From: Mobula hypostoma
Lineage: Eukaryota
Length of the DNA stretch: 64,000 nucleotides
Direction: 5' to 3'
NCBI RefSeq assembly: GCF_963921235.1
Contig: NC_086106.1
Coordinates: 20,708,001-20,772,000, forward strand
This document shows, piece after piece, positions 37,501 to 51,237 of the stretch. Every line of letters begins with the position of its first letter. The stretch's first letter is position 1. Below the pieces are notes generated by a model, which saw only the letters and a list, made by a program, of their open reading frames with translations, searched no databases and was not told the origin of the DNA. A program made the position numbers and the translations under genes.

Positions 37501-40500
37501 TTCTGATCTAAAGACTCGTTTCACCACGGCACATATGCTCCTTCAGCCCGATCCTACAAGGCAGTTTTTTGTAGAGACTGACGACTCTCATGTAGGAGTA
37601 GGGGCTCTACTGTCACAGCATTCAGCAGAGGACGACAAGCTACACCAGAGCGCCTTTTTTTCCCGACAAATTTTCGCCCGCAGAACACAAGTATGCCATC
37701 GGCAATCAAGAGTTATTGTCTGTTAAACTTGCTCTTGAGGAACGGCGTGATAGTCCTGAGGGAACGTCTCCTCCTTTTCTAATCTGGACAGATCAAAAGA
37801 ACTTGGAATATATCCGTTCAGCCAAACTTCTCAACTCCCGCTAGGCTCAGTGGTCCCTGTTCTTTGCCCGTTTTAGATTCACCCTGGCCTAGCGTCCTGG
37901 CTGTGAGAACGGTAAACCTGACGCGATCTCCAGGTAATTTCCAACAACCGACGAGGCGCCGGAGGTTACGACCATTCTCCCCAAGCAAAGTCTGGTCGCC
38001 GCAGCACAGTAGGAGATTGAATCTGTGGTCCAGTCTGCCTAGCAGAATAAATCTGTTCCTTGTGCCTGCCCTGGTAATCTATTGTATGTTCCCCAGTCTG
38101 TGCTCTCCCAAGTTCTCCAGTGGGGACACACCTCCAGACTGGAATGTCACCCTGGCATCAGACGCACAACGGTTTTTATCAGTCGAAGATTTTGGTGGCC
38201 ATCCCTGAGGAAGGATGTTGAGAGCTTCATTTCTGCCTGCCCAGTCTGTGCACAGAACAAGATCTCCAGCAAACCACCAACTGGCCCCCTGCAAACCCTG
38301 CAGGTTCCGAGAAGGCCCTGGTCACACATTGCACTAGACTTGGTCACCGGACTCCCTCCGACAGACGGTAAAACTGCCGTTCTTACCTTAGTGGCACACA
38401 TCAAAGTTGCTGGTGAACGCAGCAGGCCAGGCAGCATCTCTAGGAAGAGGTACAGTCGACGTTTCAGGCCGAGACCCTTCGTCCGGACTAACTGAAGGAA
38501 GAGTGAGTAAGGGATTTGAAAGTTAGAAGGGGAAGCGGAGATCCAAAATGATAGGAGAAGTCAGGAGGGGAAGGGATGGAACCAGGAGCTGGACAGGTGA
38601 TTGGCAAAAGGGATACGAGAGGATCATGGGACAGGAGGTCCGGGAAGAAAGACAAGGCGGGGGAGGGGGGACCCAGAGGATGGGCAAGGGGTTTATTCAG
38701 AGGGACAGAGGGAGAAAAAGGAGAGTGAGCGAAAGAATGTGTGTATTAAAATAAGTAACAGATGGGGTACGGGGGGAGGTGGGGCATTAGCGGAAGTTAG
38801 AAAAGTCGATGTTCATGGCATCAGGTTGGAGGCTACCCAGACGGAATATAAGCTGTTGTTCCTCCAACCTGAGTGTGGCTTCATCTTTACAGTAGTGGAG
38901 GCCGTGGATAGACATGTCAGAACGGGAATGGGATGTGGAATTAAAATGTGTGGCCACTGGGAGATTCTGCTTTCTCTGGCGGACAGAGCGTAGATGTTCA
39001 GCAAAGCGATCTCCCAGTCTGCGTCGGGTCTCGCCAATATATAAAAGGCCACATCGGGAGCACCCGACGCAGTATATCACCATAGCCGACTCACAGGTGA
39101 AAAGTCGCCTCACCTGGAAGGACTGTTTGGGGCCCTGAATGGTGGTAAGGGAGGAAGTGTAAGGGCATGTGTAGCACTTGTTCCACTTACACGGATAAGT
39201 GCTACGAGGGAGATCAGTGGGGAGGGATGGGGGGACGACGAATGGACAAGGGAGTTGCGTAGAGAGCGATCCCTGCGGAATGCGGGGGGGGGTGGGTGGA
39301 AGGAAAGATGTGCTTAGTGGTGGGATCCCGTTGGAGGTTGCGGAAGTTACGGAGAATAATATGTTGGACCCGGAGGCTGGTGGGGTGGTAGGTGAGGACC
39401 AGGGGAACCCTATTCCTAGTGGGGTGGCGGGAGGATGGAGTGAGAGCAGATGTACGTGAAATGGGGGAGATGCGTTTAAGAGCAGAGTTGATAGTGGAGG
39501 AAGGGAAGCCCCTTTCTTTAAAAAAGGAAGACAGCTCCCTCTTCCTAGAATGAAAAGCCTTATCCTGAGAGCAGATGCGGCGGAGACGGAGGAATTGCGA
39601 GAAGGGGATTCCGTTTTTGCAAGAGACAGGGTGAGAAGAGGAGCAGTCCAGATAGCTGTGAGAGTCAGTAGGCTTATTGTAGACATCAGGGGATAAGCTG
39701 TCTCCAGAGACAGAGACAGAAAGGTCTAGAAAGGGGAGAGAGGTGTCGGAATTGGACCAGGTAAACTTGAGGGCAGGGTGAAAGTTGGAGGCAAAGTTAA
39801 TAAAGTCAACGAGTTCTGCATGCGTGCAGGAAGCAGCGCCAATGCAGTCATCGATGTAGCGAAGGAAAAGTGGGGGACAGATACCAGAATAGGCACGGAA
39901 CATAGATTGTTCCACAAAGCCAACAAATGGGCAGGCATAACTAGGACCCATAAGGGTGCCCATAGCTACACTTTTAGTCTGGAGGAAGTGGGAGGAGCCA
40001 AAGGAGAAATTATTAAGAGTAAGGACTAATTCCGCTAGTTGGAGCAGAGTGGTGGTAGAGGGGAACTGATTAGGTCTGGAATCCAAAAAGAAACGTAGAG
40101 CTTTGAGACCTTCCTGATGGGGGATGGAAGTATATAGGGACTGGACATCCATGGTGAAAATAAAGCGGTGGGAGCCAGAGAAATTAAAATCATCGACAAT
40201 TTTAAGGGCGTGAGAAGTGTCACGAACATAGGTGGGAAGGGATTGAACAAGGGGGAATAAAACCGTGTCGAGGTATGCAGAAACGAGTTCGGTGGGGCAG
40301 GAGCAAGCTGAGACAATCGGTCGGCTAGGACAGGCAGGTTTGTGGATCTTGGGTAGGAGGTAGAAACAGGAAGTGCGTGGTGTGGGAACTATAAGGATGG
40401 TAGCATTGGATGGGAGATCCCCTGAGCGGATAAAGTCGGTGATGGTGTGGGAGACAATGGCCTGGTGCTCCTTAGTGGGGTCACGATAGAGGGGTAAATA

Positions 40501-41370
40501 AGAGTAGGTATCCGCGAGTTGTCGCTGTGCCTCGGCAAGGTACAGGTCAGTACGCCGGACTACAACAGCACCCCCCTTATCGGCCGGTTTAATAATAAGG
40601 TTAGGATTAGTGTGGAGGGGGTGGAGAGCAGAGCGTTCCGAAGGAGTGAGGTTGGAATGGGGACAAGGTGCGGTGAAGTCGAGACGGTTGATGTCCCGTC
40701 GGTAGTTTGCGATAAAGAGATCCAGAGCAGGCAGAAGACCAGAGCGGGGTGTCCACGAAGAAGAGGAGGGTTGAAGACGGGAGAAGGGATAATCGGTGGG
40801 GGTGGAAGAGTCCTTGCCGAAGAAGTAGGCTCGGAGACGGAGACGGCGGAAGAAAAGTTCTGCATCATGTCGAACACTGAACTCGCTGAGGTGTGGGCGA
40901 AGGGGGACAAAGGTAAGGCCCTTACTGAGGTCAGAGCGTTGTGCCGCCGACAGTTGAAGGTCGGAGGGGATGATAAGGACCCGGCATGGATGAGAGCTGG
41001 GCTTAGAGGGGGGATCCACCTCAGTGGATCGTTTTTCCAAATTGGTCCACTTAGTTCCCCTTCCCAAGGTGCCCTCTGTCAAGGAGACTGCGAACCTGGT
41101 GATTCAGCTCGTTTTTCGTATTAACGGTCCCCCCTTTGAAGTGGTATCTGATAGAGGTTCGCAATTTACCTCCCTGTTTTGGAGGGCTTCTTGCAAACTT
41201 CTCGGGATCACGGTTAACCTCTCATCTGGGTTTCATCCACAGAGTAATGGCCAGACCGAGCGGGCTAATCAGCAGATCGAGGTGATGCTCCGTTGTGTGA
41301 CATCCCAGGAATCTTCCTCTTGGAGTCAGCAACTTCCCTGGGTCGAGTACGCCATTAATTCTTTGGCATA
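34548..41370 (+). mobile_element. 3'-truncated Gypsy/Ty3 LTR retrotransposon (5' LTR 34548-35073, gag, pro, RT, RNase H, integrase), frameshifted
   Basis: LTR tgtt...gaca. RT region has [35 protein letters not shown]. Integrase has GHPG-like ECHPGIRRT, RPWSHIALD and DRFSKLVH...SDRGSQFTS...[10 protein letters not shown]. No 3' LTR. Confidence 0.95.
38395..41017 (-). mobile_element. Penelope-like element (RT plus GIY-YIG) nested in the Gypsy integrase
   Basis: 622-aa ORF 39214-41082 (FYLLPKIHK, MDVQSLYTSIPH, AMGT, FLRYIDD) and GIY-YIG in ORF 38787-39686. Imperfect 10-bp TSD accttagtgg/acctcagtgg splits TAVLTLV|DRFSK. Confidence 0.95.
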
Positions 41371-41609
41371 GTCACATTCATCGTCATAGTCATACTTTAT
41401 TGAAACCCAGGGGAAATTGGTTTTCGTTGCAGGTGCACCATAAATAATAAATAGTAATAGAACCATAAATAATTATATAGTTCTTATATGTGATGGATTC
41501 TGAATTAAAGAATGCAGATGCTGTAACATTGAAAAAAATAAGTATTTAAGGTGATGGAAACAAAGGGCGTGATGTTGAGCTTCTGAGCCTTTCAAATAGT
41601 TCTTGCTTT

Positions 41610-41929
41610 AGAGGTAATCTGTGATATTTCGGGTAAGCCTGTAGGGTACAGATTGTATTTCAGGCTGGAACCCGCAGCATCTCACTGCTCTTCTGAAGCA
41701 GTAACTTGAAATGGACGTGAAGCATAGTGACCTTCACCGATACAATTGGGGGCAGGACAGACAATGGTATCCCATATTGCGTTGTCTTTATTAATCATCC
41801 ATTGAAACGATGGGCCAAATATTTTCCTTTGTGTGCAACCAATACATTTCTGTGGTTAAATCTGCAGATGACAATTGAATGCAGGACACGAACTAACATA
41901 CCAGACAAAAACTTTGCCAGATATAGCGT
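41610..41929 (-). pseudogene. Degenerate Ig C1-set exon (IgH CH1-like)
   Basis: Polypyrimidine tract plus tcaag|AC. The phase-1 frame reads AISGKVFVWYVSSC...IGCTQRKIFGPSFQWMINKDNAI...PAPNCIGEGHYASRPFQVTASEEQ*, aligning loosely to shark IgM CH1 (..SSC..YGC..VTWKKDKEPI..GTYTLSSQLTITESE). Confidence 0.45.
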
Positions 41930-43069
41930 CTTGATCATGAATAGGAGAGGAAAAAAAAACTAACAAACAAGAACTCAAAGAACTTTACGGTAGGTTTACA
42001 AAACTTCCAAAGCTTAATGCTTATGTTCAGATATTTCCATTCTAGGTGACTTTTAAGAGGGTTTGTACGTTTAGAGCAGCACACGCAAGAGGATGTATGA
42101 GGTTACGGCCGAAATCTTGAGGGTTTATTCCACTAGGAGGAGAATATGGCGGCGTGATGGCAGCGCGCTCGGTGGCTTCGGTGGTGATGTCTGTTATCTG
42201 TCAAGTAGGGGACCGTGCAAAATTCTGATTTGATGGAGACGGACGTGAGAGTACGGACGAACATCTGGAAACTTCTGAAATACCCGCTTCGCTGCCGCTG
42301 CTACTGTGTGGTAACCGGAGTCTCCGGAGCAGAAGGCCCCAAAATCCTCGGCTTTGCGTGCTTCAGCCGCCGGGGTAATATCGAAGGCGCTTTGCAGAGC
42401 ATGGCGCTCGGGAGGCTGGTCGGAAGAACGAAGTTTTCGGACATATGGGCTCAGTGTCGGCTGTGGTCGGCTGCTTGCAAGGCAACGACAAGTTGACAGT
42501 GCCTGGCGGTTTATGGCAGGGTGTTTCTCCCTTTTGCCGCCTGCTATCGGAGGCTCGCGAGTCGATCGACTTGGGGACCTTTGAGGCTTTATTTACCGTA
42601 CCCATGGTTTGTTCTTCATCAAATTATGGTATTGCTTTACACTGCTGTATCTATATGTTATAATTATGTGGTTCGGTCAGTGTTAATTTTTGGTTTGTCC
42701 TGTTTTCTGTGATATCACTCCGGAGAAACGTTGCATCATTTTTTAATGCATGCATGCATTTCTGAATGACAATAAACTAGGACTGAGTGTTTTCATAATC
42801 TAATCTAATCCTCACCGACGCTAAGTAACCTGCTGAGATCACCAGAATGATGATCGTTTTATTATAGATTTAGAGCGTCTGCAGAATCTTTTGTATTTGT
42901 GACACGGTCATATGTTCCCTCAAATTCTCAATCCGATTCTTCATTGGCCGCTTTGGCCATGCCGACATTTTGTTTTGGACACACTGAACTAACTTTAGTC
43001 TTTTGTTTGTATTATTCTGTGTAGTTCCTATTGAACTGCATGTTGAAATGCTTTCCAGTGTCTTTATAG

Positions 43070-45195
43070 CAGGGGTCCCCAACCTTTTTTGCACTGCGGA
43101 CCTGCCGACGGGGCGTGGGGCGTAGGGTTGCCAACGGACAAGACAACGGTCAAATATTTGTGACTCACATCAAAGTTGCTGGTGAACGCAGCAGGCCAGG
43201 CAGCATCTCTAAAAAGAGGTACTGTACCTCTTCCTAGAGATGCTGCCTGGCCTGCTGCTCTCACCAGCAACTTTGATGTGTGTTGCTTGAATTTCCAGCA
43301 TCTGCAGATTTCCTCGTCTTTGCGTCAAATACGTTGTGTTTACCCTAAAAAGACTAGAATGACCATGAACCCTTGCCCGTGCACCAGTGCCTATGCGTAA
43401 CCTACGTACGCGCGCGCCTGCCGATTTTTTTTCCTCCTGAAAACTGCCTTTTCGTGATTCCATTCCGGTGGGGGGGGGGAGGTAGAATATGTTCTTAATC
43501 ACGACCGGAATGTAGGTGATAAGTGGCTAATGCACTCAGTTTCGCTTCTAAAAGGGTTTATGTACGTATTTAATATTAAACACATAGCGCATATTTTCCT
43601 CGCATAAATGCAGTGATAAGTCAATTATCAGGGGAGAACGGGGGAGTTTGAAGTAAGTGTTGAACGAACTTCCAGTAGAAGTGGTAGAGGCAGGTTCGAT
43701 ATTATCATTTAAAGAAAACTTGGATAGGTATATGGACAGGAAAGGAATGGAGGGTTATGGGTTGAGTGCAGGTTGAAGGGACTAGGTGATGTGACGACAA
43801 TGCAAGTTATCAGAAGATTGATGCGGATGAGAGAGATAAGCGAGACAAACAGAGAAACATTCAAAATGCTAATAAGCGAGAAGAGAGAGAATAACGAGAA
43901 AGAAACACACTTCAGAATATTGGCAGACCGGTTGCTTTGAACCTGAACTGTTTGAAGCTTGATGGACAGGCGATACTCCAGCAGAGGGATAAAAATAACA
44001 GGTTCGCTACGGCACGACACACCACGAGATCACGAGATAACGAGACCCTGGAAGAGCGGTGTGCCCCCACAAGTTGGTGTGAGTTTGGAGGTCTTATCGC
44101 GGGAACCGACTATAGACGCACAGGGTGAAAAGCGTACGATCGGTGGGAACCTGGTGTGTGTGCCCGCCCTTGCCTGGGTGCCGGGTTCATCGCGGATGAA
44201 CGGTCGTATCCGGAACGGAGGGGTCACAGTCGGTGACCACAGAAGACATAACAAAAGGGTCCGCCAACTGCGAAGAACATCAAAGGTCTGTCTGATTCAA
44301 AATGTGCATTCTCTCTCTCTCTCCAACAGCACAGCAGCGATTACTGCGAACTGTACGAAGCTGAACTGAACTCTGCGTCACTTAAGACTGATCATTTTAC
44401 CCCTAGACTGCGATAGAGGTTGGTTGACTCCTATTACCCTAGTTCTGTGTACACATGTGTATTATCATTGCTAACCTGTTGCATTTACATCCTTACGATT
44501 AGAGTACTGTGTTACTTTTTTTTAATAAAACTTTATTAGTTTCTGTTAAACCAGACTCCAAATAAGTGATCTATTTCGAGATAGTCCATTTCCGTGTTGT
44601 AATTGTTATATGGTTATATAAGTCACTTATAAGTCAATAGCATCATTACATTTTAAGTAACGTTTGGATATTAAACACACAGCGCATATTTTCCCCGTAT
44701 GAACATATAAAATCATTGCAACACACCAATATCGCTGAATCAGTGGGCGCCCTGGGCTTGTTTTCCTGCAACAAGACGGTCCCATCGAGGGGTGATGGGA
44801 GACAGCGATACTCGAAGGGGGTTGCTTATGTCCAGTCTATTCCGCAATTTAGTTTTCGTTGCATTCATTGCAGAAAACGCGGCTTCGCAGAAATATGTTG
44901 GAAGCAACGTTTTCGGTGCTTTTGTGGCTATCTCAAGATATTTACCCTTGACTTTGATCCGGAATGCCGGCAGAGATGTTATGTCAAACATACTTTTCAG
45001 CCCGTCATCATTTGGTGACACGGTTGACTCGCGGGTAATGACCTCGCATGCGTAATGGCTCAACAGTGGCCGTGACAGGGAATGAGGAAAGGTGCAGCTG
45101 ATTCATATGGCCAAATCATATTGTTTCCTCACGGCCCGGTAGCGCATGCTTTGCGGCCCGGTACTGGTCCGCGGCGCGGTGGTTGGGGACAGCTG
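43070..45195 (-). mobile_element. hAT (Charlie/Buster-type) DNA transposon with nested insertions
   Basis: TIRs caggggtccccaacc / ggttggggacagctg with a perfect 8-bp TSD ctttatag. ORF 44740-45063 (LLPTYFCEAAFSAMNATKTKLRNRLD) is a hAT C-terminal dimerisation domain. Nested Penelope end (about 43165-43320) and LTR-like sequence (about 43790-44570). Confidence 0.92.
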
Positions 45196-46149
45196 CTTTA
45201 TAGAATTTCATTCAACAAATTAATCTAGCACCATGATTTAAACGTGCAACTATTTATAAATCATAACTCTTAGTTCTCCTTTAAGAATTCTTCCCGAAGC
45301 CTTTGCCTCATGCCTTTGATAATATTATTATGTGAAGCAAATTCTGGCGGGAGGAGATGATAGCAGCGTGCCGTCCGCGCGCAGCTGCCCGGTGATAATG
45401 ATATCGTATCCGTTCAATAGGGGCCGTGGACAATACTGATTTGATGGAGACAGACGTGAAAGCACAGAGGAACTTCTGGAGAAATTTCTGAAACGCCGGT
45501 TCGCTGCCTCTGTTACTGGGCGATCGAGAATCTTCCAGTGGGAATGCCTCAAAATCCCCGGCTTTGCTTGCTGCTGGCGACCGAGACTGAGGTCGAATCG
45601 TTCGGGTAGAAATCGTACTCGGTATTCGGTGTCGGAGGGCTGATCGGAGGCTCGAAGTTTTCAGACGACTCAGAGTCAGACTGTGGTCGGGCACGGCAGG
45701 GAATATTTTCTTCTTTCTCCCGTCTGCGTGAGATGTGGCACATTCGAGAGACTTTGAACTTTTGTTCTGTGCAATGGCCTGTTCTTCATCAAGTTGTGGT
45801 ACTGTTCCACAGTTGGATCTATATGTTATAATTATGTGGTTTTGTTATTTTTTTCCGTCTTGGTCTGTCCTGTGTTTTGTGATATCACACCGGAGGAATA
45901 TTGTATCATTTCTTAACGCATGCATTACTAAATGACAATAAAAGAGGACTGCAGGTCCTCATAACCTAAAAATAAAACAAACACAAATATGCATTACATA
46001 AATGTCTTTCAATATCAGATACATAAATTGACAATTTAGCCTTGTTTACTCCAATGAAAAAGGCCTCAGACATCCAGACCCACCTTATCAGTAACATAGT
46101 CTGATCCAATTAACGTCTAGGTGCATCTCTTCTGCACTTACTCCAAATA

Positions 46150-48200
46150 TATTCTAATCAAATAAGACGAGAATTCATAAAAAGAAAAGGATAGCGCTCA
46201 ATCGCTGGGAACGACCTCGAGGGTAGTAATCTCAGGGTTACTTCCACCGTTACGGGATATGAGGGAAAGTGGGAGTATATGGCAGATAAATGCATGTTTG
46301 AAGAAGAAAGAGCCTAGGAAGCACAAATAGTTTGATCTATCGGGACTCCTTATGAAGCGTAGAGCGTGTGTGGATCAGTACATGAATGTTAGTTTACACC
46401 TGCAACAATCCGACAGACAGATTTTCTACTGCTAGCTTTAACCAAGATTTATACGTGGTCGACATCAAGCAAGAGAGAGGGAAATGTGAGGCTGGAGGTG
46501 CTGTAGAAGTCAATGACAACAAGTTCAATAGAAACGTCAGGCAGAATAATCAAATGGAGAAAGTAACGCCTACTGGGATAGATTGTATTTAGTCCAATAC
46601 AAATGGTGTGCTAAGTAAGAAATGTAAACTTAGTTCTTGCATAATTACATGCGACTGGTATATTATAGCCATTGCAGAAATATGGCTAAGGGAGGGATAT
46701 GACTTCCGATTAACCTTTCCAGAATCCCGATGATTTAGGCAGGAGGAGAAAAGAAAAGTGCGGGCGATGGCATTGTGATTAACGGGGATGTCCCAGTAAT
46801 AGGCAGCAATGAAATTATTGATCGAGTATCCATTGAGCATTTCTGAATAGAGCTGAGAAATAAGATAGAAGCGATCGCATTATGGACTTGTACTGTAGGT
46901 CTCTAAATGGTCAATGGAAATTAGAAGAGCAAATTTCCGAAGTTGTGAAGAATTGCAAGAATAATATGTTGTCGCAGTCGGGGTTTTAAACCTCGATGTC
47001 AGCCTGGGTCTGCCAAAATGTTACGGTCTTAATCTGGATATAATTTGTTAAGTACTTTGAGGGATTGTTAACTTGGGAAAAGTACAGAGTACCTTACAAG
47101 GAAGAGTGCAAACCTTGACTTGCTCTGAGGTAGTGGTGTCGGAATGGTGACTGATGTATCAGTGCGGGAGCACTTTGGGACCAGTGACCATAGGTCTATT
47201 AGTTTTAACATAGCAATATAAGTCACAGAACCGATCCACACTTTCAACTTTTAAATTGGAGTAAGGCGAATTTGGACGCCAGAGATATGTGCTTGCAGAT
47301 ATTGATTGGAGTAATGATGGAAGCAGTTTGGTGGCGTGCAAAAGGACCACAGAATGTAGAAGGCCTTTAAAATGAGTTATTGACAGATCAAGTATCCATG
47401 TTCCTGTAGTAGTGAAGTACAAGAATGGTAAGGGGTAGATAACCTGTATGATGAGAGATATTGATGCTTTGGCGAGGAAAAAGGAGGAAACGTTGTTCAG
47501 GTAGGTGTAGCTGAGTTCGAGTGATTAGCTGGAAAAAATATAGGGGACGCCTTAATATAGTGAATTAGCAATAATCAGTGCGAAATGAGACAGGAGATAG
47601 CGTTGGTAGTGGAACTTCAGGAGATCGCAAAGCAAATTTAGGTCTATTGAACGCATAACAAGACTAAAAAGAGGGAGAGTAGAGCTCCTCGAAGAGGAAT
47701 GGAGGTATATTTACATGCAGCTGTTGTAAATATACAAGGACCTAAATAAGTATTTATTTTCGAATTTTACCGCACAGAAAGAGCCTGTATTACAGTAGAA
47801 GAGAATCTCTAGGTCTCAGAATCTATGCAGGCAGTTAGAATACCAGGGCCTGACAAGGAACATATATCTAAGCGTACCGCAGGAGTCTGGAGAAAAAAAT
47901 TGCTGGAGCCCTACGTGAGATACTTTCATTACCATTATCAGCATTACGGTGCCGGATGGCAAACTCTGCACTTTATTTATTGTGGTTTTCAAAGGAAAAT
48001 AATGGAACTACAGAAAAGCGAATCTAACGTATGTTTTAAGTAAGTTAATGTGAGGACTCGGGGGGATCCTGATGCAACCTGAAGACATAATGAAGCACTA
48101 TTCAATAGTAAATGACACAACGGGTTTAAAGATAACTCACTTACTTGGCACAGTTGAAAGCTGAGTAACGGCTCCAAATATCAGCTTCCTTCTCCGGAGT
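46150..48200 (+). mobile_element. Old degenerate CR1 LINE (endonuclease to RT)
   Basis: Endonuclease start (..IAIAEIWL-like, about 46660-46700) and later CR1 ORF2 remnants. Boundaries are approximate. Confidence 0.75.
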
Positions 48201-48430
48201 AAGAATTAGTTATTGAAAAAGTTGCTACCTGATTAGACACCCCAATTACAACATTGACATTAACACCCTTTTGTGCTGTTTTCTAATCGTGATCTGCCAG
48301 TGAATTTTAAATCTTTGCACTAACTGATAAAGCAAGTGTCAGCTGAAATGCTGCAACTTCGTGCAAAGGGTGGGTTATCTTCGGATGGTAGCAAAAAAAT
48401 AACTTTACACGGAAACATAGGGCTTTGAAA

Positions 48431-48510
48431 CTTGCAGACACGTCTGGCATCGTAGTACCAGTGCCAAATGTGGTCTTAACAGTCGTGTCAAAGTAAATCA
48501 TACAAAAACT
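48431..48510 (-). pseudogene. J-like remnant with FGTGT motif
   Basis: Minus strand reads VKTTFGTGTTMPDVSA, preceded by nonamer agtttttgt. The heptamer/spacer register is disrupted and the donor is weak. Confidence 0.45.
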
Positions 48511-49301
48511 GTCCTTCCAGAACACCGCAGTGAAGCAAAGGAACATTAAAAATTAAATAATATCTGCAGGTACGAGAAATCCAAGCAACACACAAAATGC
48601 TAGAGGAACTTAGCAGGCCAGGCAGCATCGATGGAAAAGTGTGCAGTTGTGCTTACGGGGCGATTCTCTTTGCAAATTGTTTCACAATTTTTCGAATTAA
48701 ATACCAACTGCCATTCCTTGCCCACTTTCTCAATGTACCGCTCTAAGGTAGCCTAAGAGAACATTCTTCACTCCTCACTACTGCACGAATTAGGGCATCA
48801 CCTGTGACGGTGCCAAATTTCTTTCCAAACAGGTATATTGAAGAACCAAATACTGAACTGCGCAGAACAGAACTGATTACATGACTCCATATATATATAT
48901 AAACCAATCACAACTCTGCTTATTTCCACCGAGGAAACGTTTTATCAGTTTGCTATTTCACTTTGGATTCTTCGTTATGACCATAGGGCTTCCTTAAGTT
49001 CAAGTGTGCACCGGACATCACTTTGTCCTCCTCATTCCAATTGGTCACATCCTCAAAAACATAATATGATATTTGAGGCATAACCTCCGAAAAAAAGGTC
49101 ATGCTTACTATTTAGATAACTCTACCCTGGTGGAAAATGACTGTAATCAGTTACAATATCAACCCTCCAGCAATAAGGCAAACCCTTAGCCTCCTACAAT
49201 CTCAGCAGAAATAAAAATCTCATCCTATGCAGCTCTTCCTATCACTGAAACACAACCCCTTCCTTTCCCCACATGTATTTGCAGCACCATTTCCAGCTTA
49301 C

Positions 49302-49363
49302 TTTGTTTTTGAATTAAACGCACATTAGCAGTCCGACAGATTTTCCGCATGTCCACAAAAATC
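49302..49363 (-). pseudogene. Internally deleted J-like remnant
   Basis: gatttttgt-13 nt-atctgtc, then TANVRLIQKQ and a good donor |gtaagc. The FGXG core is missing. Confidence 0.35.
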
Positions 49364-49394
49364 CCTCAATTTCAGCAATAACGTTCTGTTCCAT

Positions 49395-49635
49395 ATGTAT
49401 TGCAACTATGCGCTTCATCTTCAATGCAATTTTTCTCGCCGAAATCCCACATACTATATATATGGTATTTTTGTCATTTGGATCTTGAACCCAGTCGAGG
49501 TGGTGGAATCAGTTACAACGAATTATTTTCAGGGACGTTCAGTCAAAGACTTGAGACAAGCCATCGCAAAAACGCTGTCCTTACTGCGGCAAATGGTATT
49601 CGTGCAGATGGGTCAGCTTATTGGAATGCACATGG
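49395..49635 (+). pseudogene. Degenerate TCR alpha/delta-like V remnant in inverted orientation
   Basis: LHLQCNFSRRNPTYYIY, then a 1-nt frameshift into WY. Further on, NYFQGR...KTLSL in one frame and KNAVLT...IRADGSAYW in the other. No RSS or leader seen. Confidence 0.45.
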
Positions 49636-50329
49636 GCAGTCGAAGGCTGATTTCCCTGCTGTAGACGACTAAGACTTGATAACTCTGTCCATAGTCATTC
49701 ACTCCTAGTGTGGGCAAATGGTGCACGGGCCACGGTTTGAAAGGCGCCTGAGTAGGAAACGGAGTTGCTTTTGATATTGCTGGGACTGCTGTTGCTGTTC
49801 ACTAGAAATTGTTGGCCGAACATATTTCTGTAGTGTTGTAGGAATATGGGAGGAAACCTGAAAGTACCATCAATTGTGAAATTTGACATTGAATTTCAGA
49901 GCAATGACGTATAATGAATTGCTCTGCACTGTTGTTGACAGTGCCCTTCACACAACCTTGTTGCGATTATTGATTTCAACATTCACGATGTGGCATTCAC
50001 ACTACCACTCCCATCCACCTTGACCAAGTCAGCAGATGCATGTAAAATAACACAATTGAATATAATATACTTTTACTCACTCGGTTGTACGGTCAATTGA
50101 ATCCTATCATATAATATTTTCTGTGGATACACCACATTAACCCACCAATTAAAAGCCTACACCAAGATACCAAAAGGTCTCATTATAGCAACTATCTCCT
50201 TAGTAGTATACCCTAAGTAGTTTCTCCAATACCACACCACAGGTTCCTTCGTTCTTTGAAGAAATACAGCTTACAAATGCCTATTTTTCATCGTAAGAAA
50301 TTCTACAAAGTGAACAATTCTTTTAATAC

Positions 50330-50583
50330 ACTTCATCCTAATTCAAGTGAGAAGAGGAGTGGCAAATGGCACTCAAGTGGGGCAGACTGCTACTGGTAGA
50401 TCCGCCCCACCCTCATCCGCGTAAATTGCACTGTATCCCTCAAGGGAGCCACATCAATTTAACAAAAGTAGTACTAGTGGTATTCGCAGCAGTAATAATC
50501 ATAATAGCCTCTGAAATATTCCGAAAGTTCCGAGCAACTGATGAATGAGTGTGCACCATGCCCGTACCTCAGGTTTTACCAGC
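50330..50583 (-). pseudogene. Candidate degenerate constant-like exon about 650 bp downstream of J copy 2
   Basis: Strong acceptor ttttttttttcttacttcag|G. Fragments LVKPEV, VARNF and AIMI..TFVKL..IQC loosely recall TCR delta C. All frames contain stops. Confidence 0.3.
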
Positions 50584-51237
50584 CTGAAGTAAGAAAAAAA
50601 AAACATTGTTTGCAGAATGAACGCTATTTTAAAAGGTCTTCCAAATTCTGTCGTATATTACGGAAATATATGACTCAGTCGTCAGCATAATACTCTAAAC
50701 ATTGGTTTGTATTTATATGAACTGGCTTGATGCCATTGTAGTAGCTTTGTATCATTGAAATCGAAGCTATGGATGACAAAAGATGATTATAAATTGAACA
50801 GATTGTGTTTATAAGCTATAGTTTACTTTCCCCAAGTCCACCCGAGGTTCGAAAAGTAGAGAAAGCAAAAGCTGACCTATCGATGAAGGTTTGAGAGTTC
50901 ATATGACTAGAATCCAGTTTAAACGAAGCCTGGAGGGACGCACACATGTCTCACACACGCATTGTTAAATTGTTGAAGTGTTGCTAAATTGCTCCGAATA
51001 GTTCTGCTTACTGGTCAGTGGAACATTGCTCATCAGCACATAGACGAGTGTACACATTCTACAACATTCCTTGGAACATCATCACTTGAAAAACTGGAGA
51101 CTGAAGTGTAGTACTCGACTGACCAACGCAGTTCTTATCTGTTTCCTAACCAATTATATACATGACAATTATGTAATCTTTTATTCTTCTGATAGGAAAA
51201 GAGGAAATGAACAGCATGTTAAAGTTTGGGCACTTAC

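Noticed and set aside
41886-41913. RSS-like cacgaac-11-acaaaaact
   Set aside because: Poor heptamer, no J motif, and it overlaps the start of the CH1-like exon.
48780-49070. Further J-like phrases (KFGTVT; DKVMSGAHLNL)
   Set aside because: No convincing RSS or donor; these could be chance matches.
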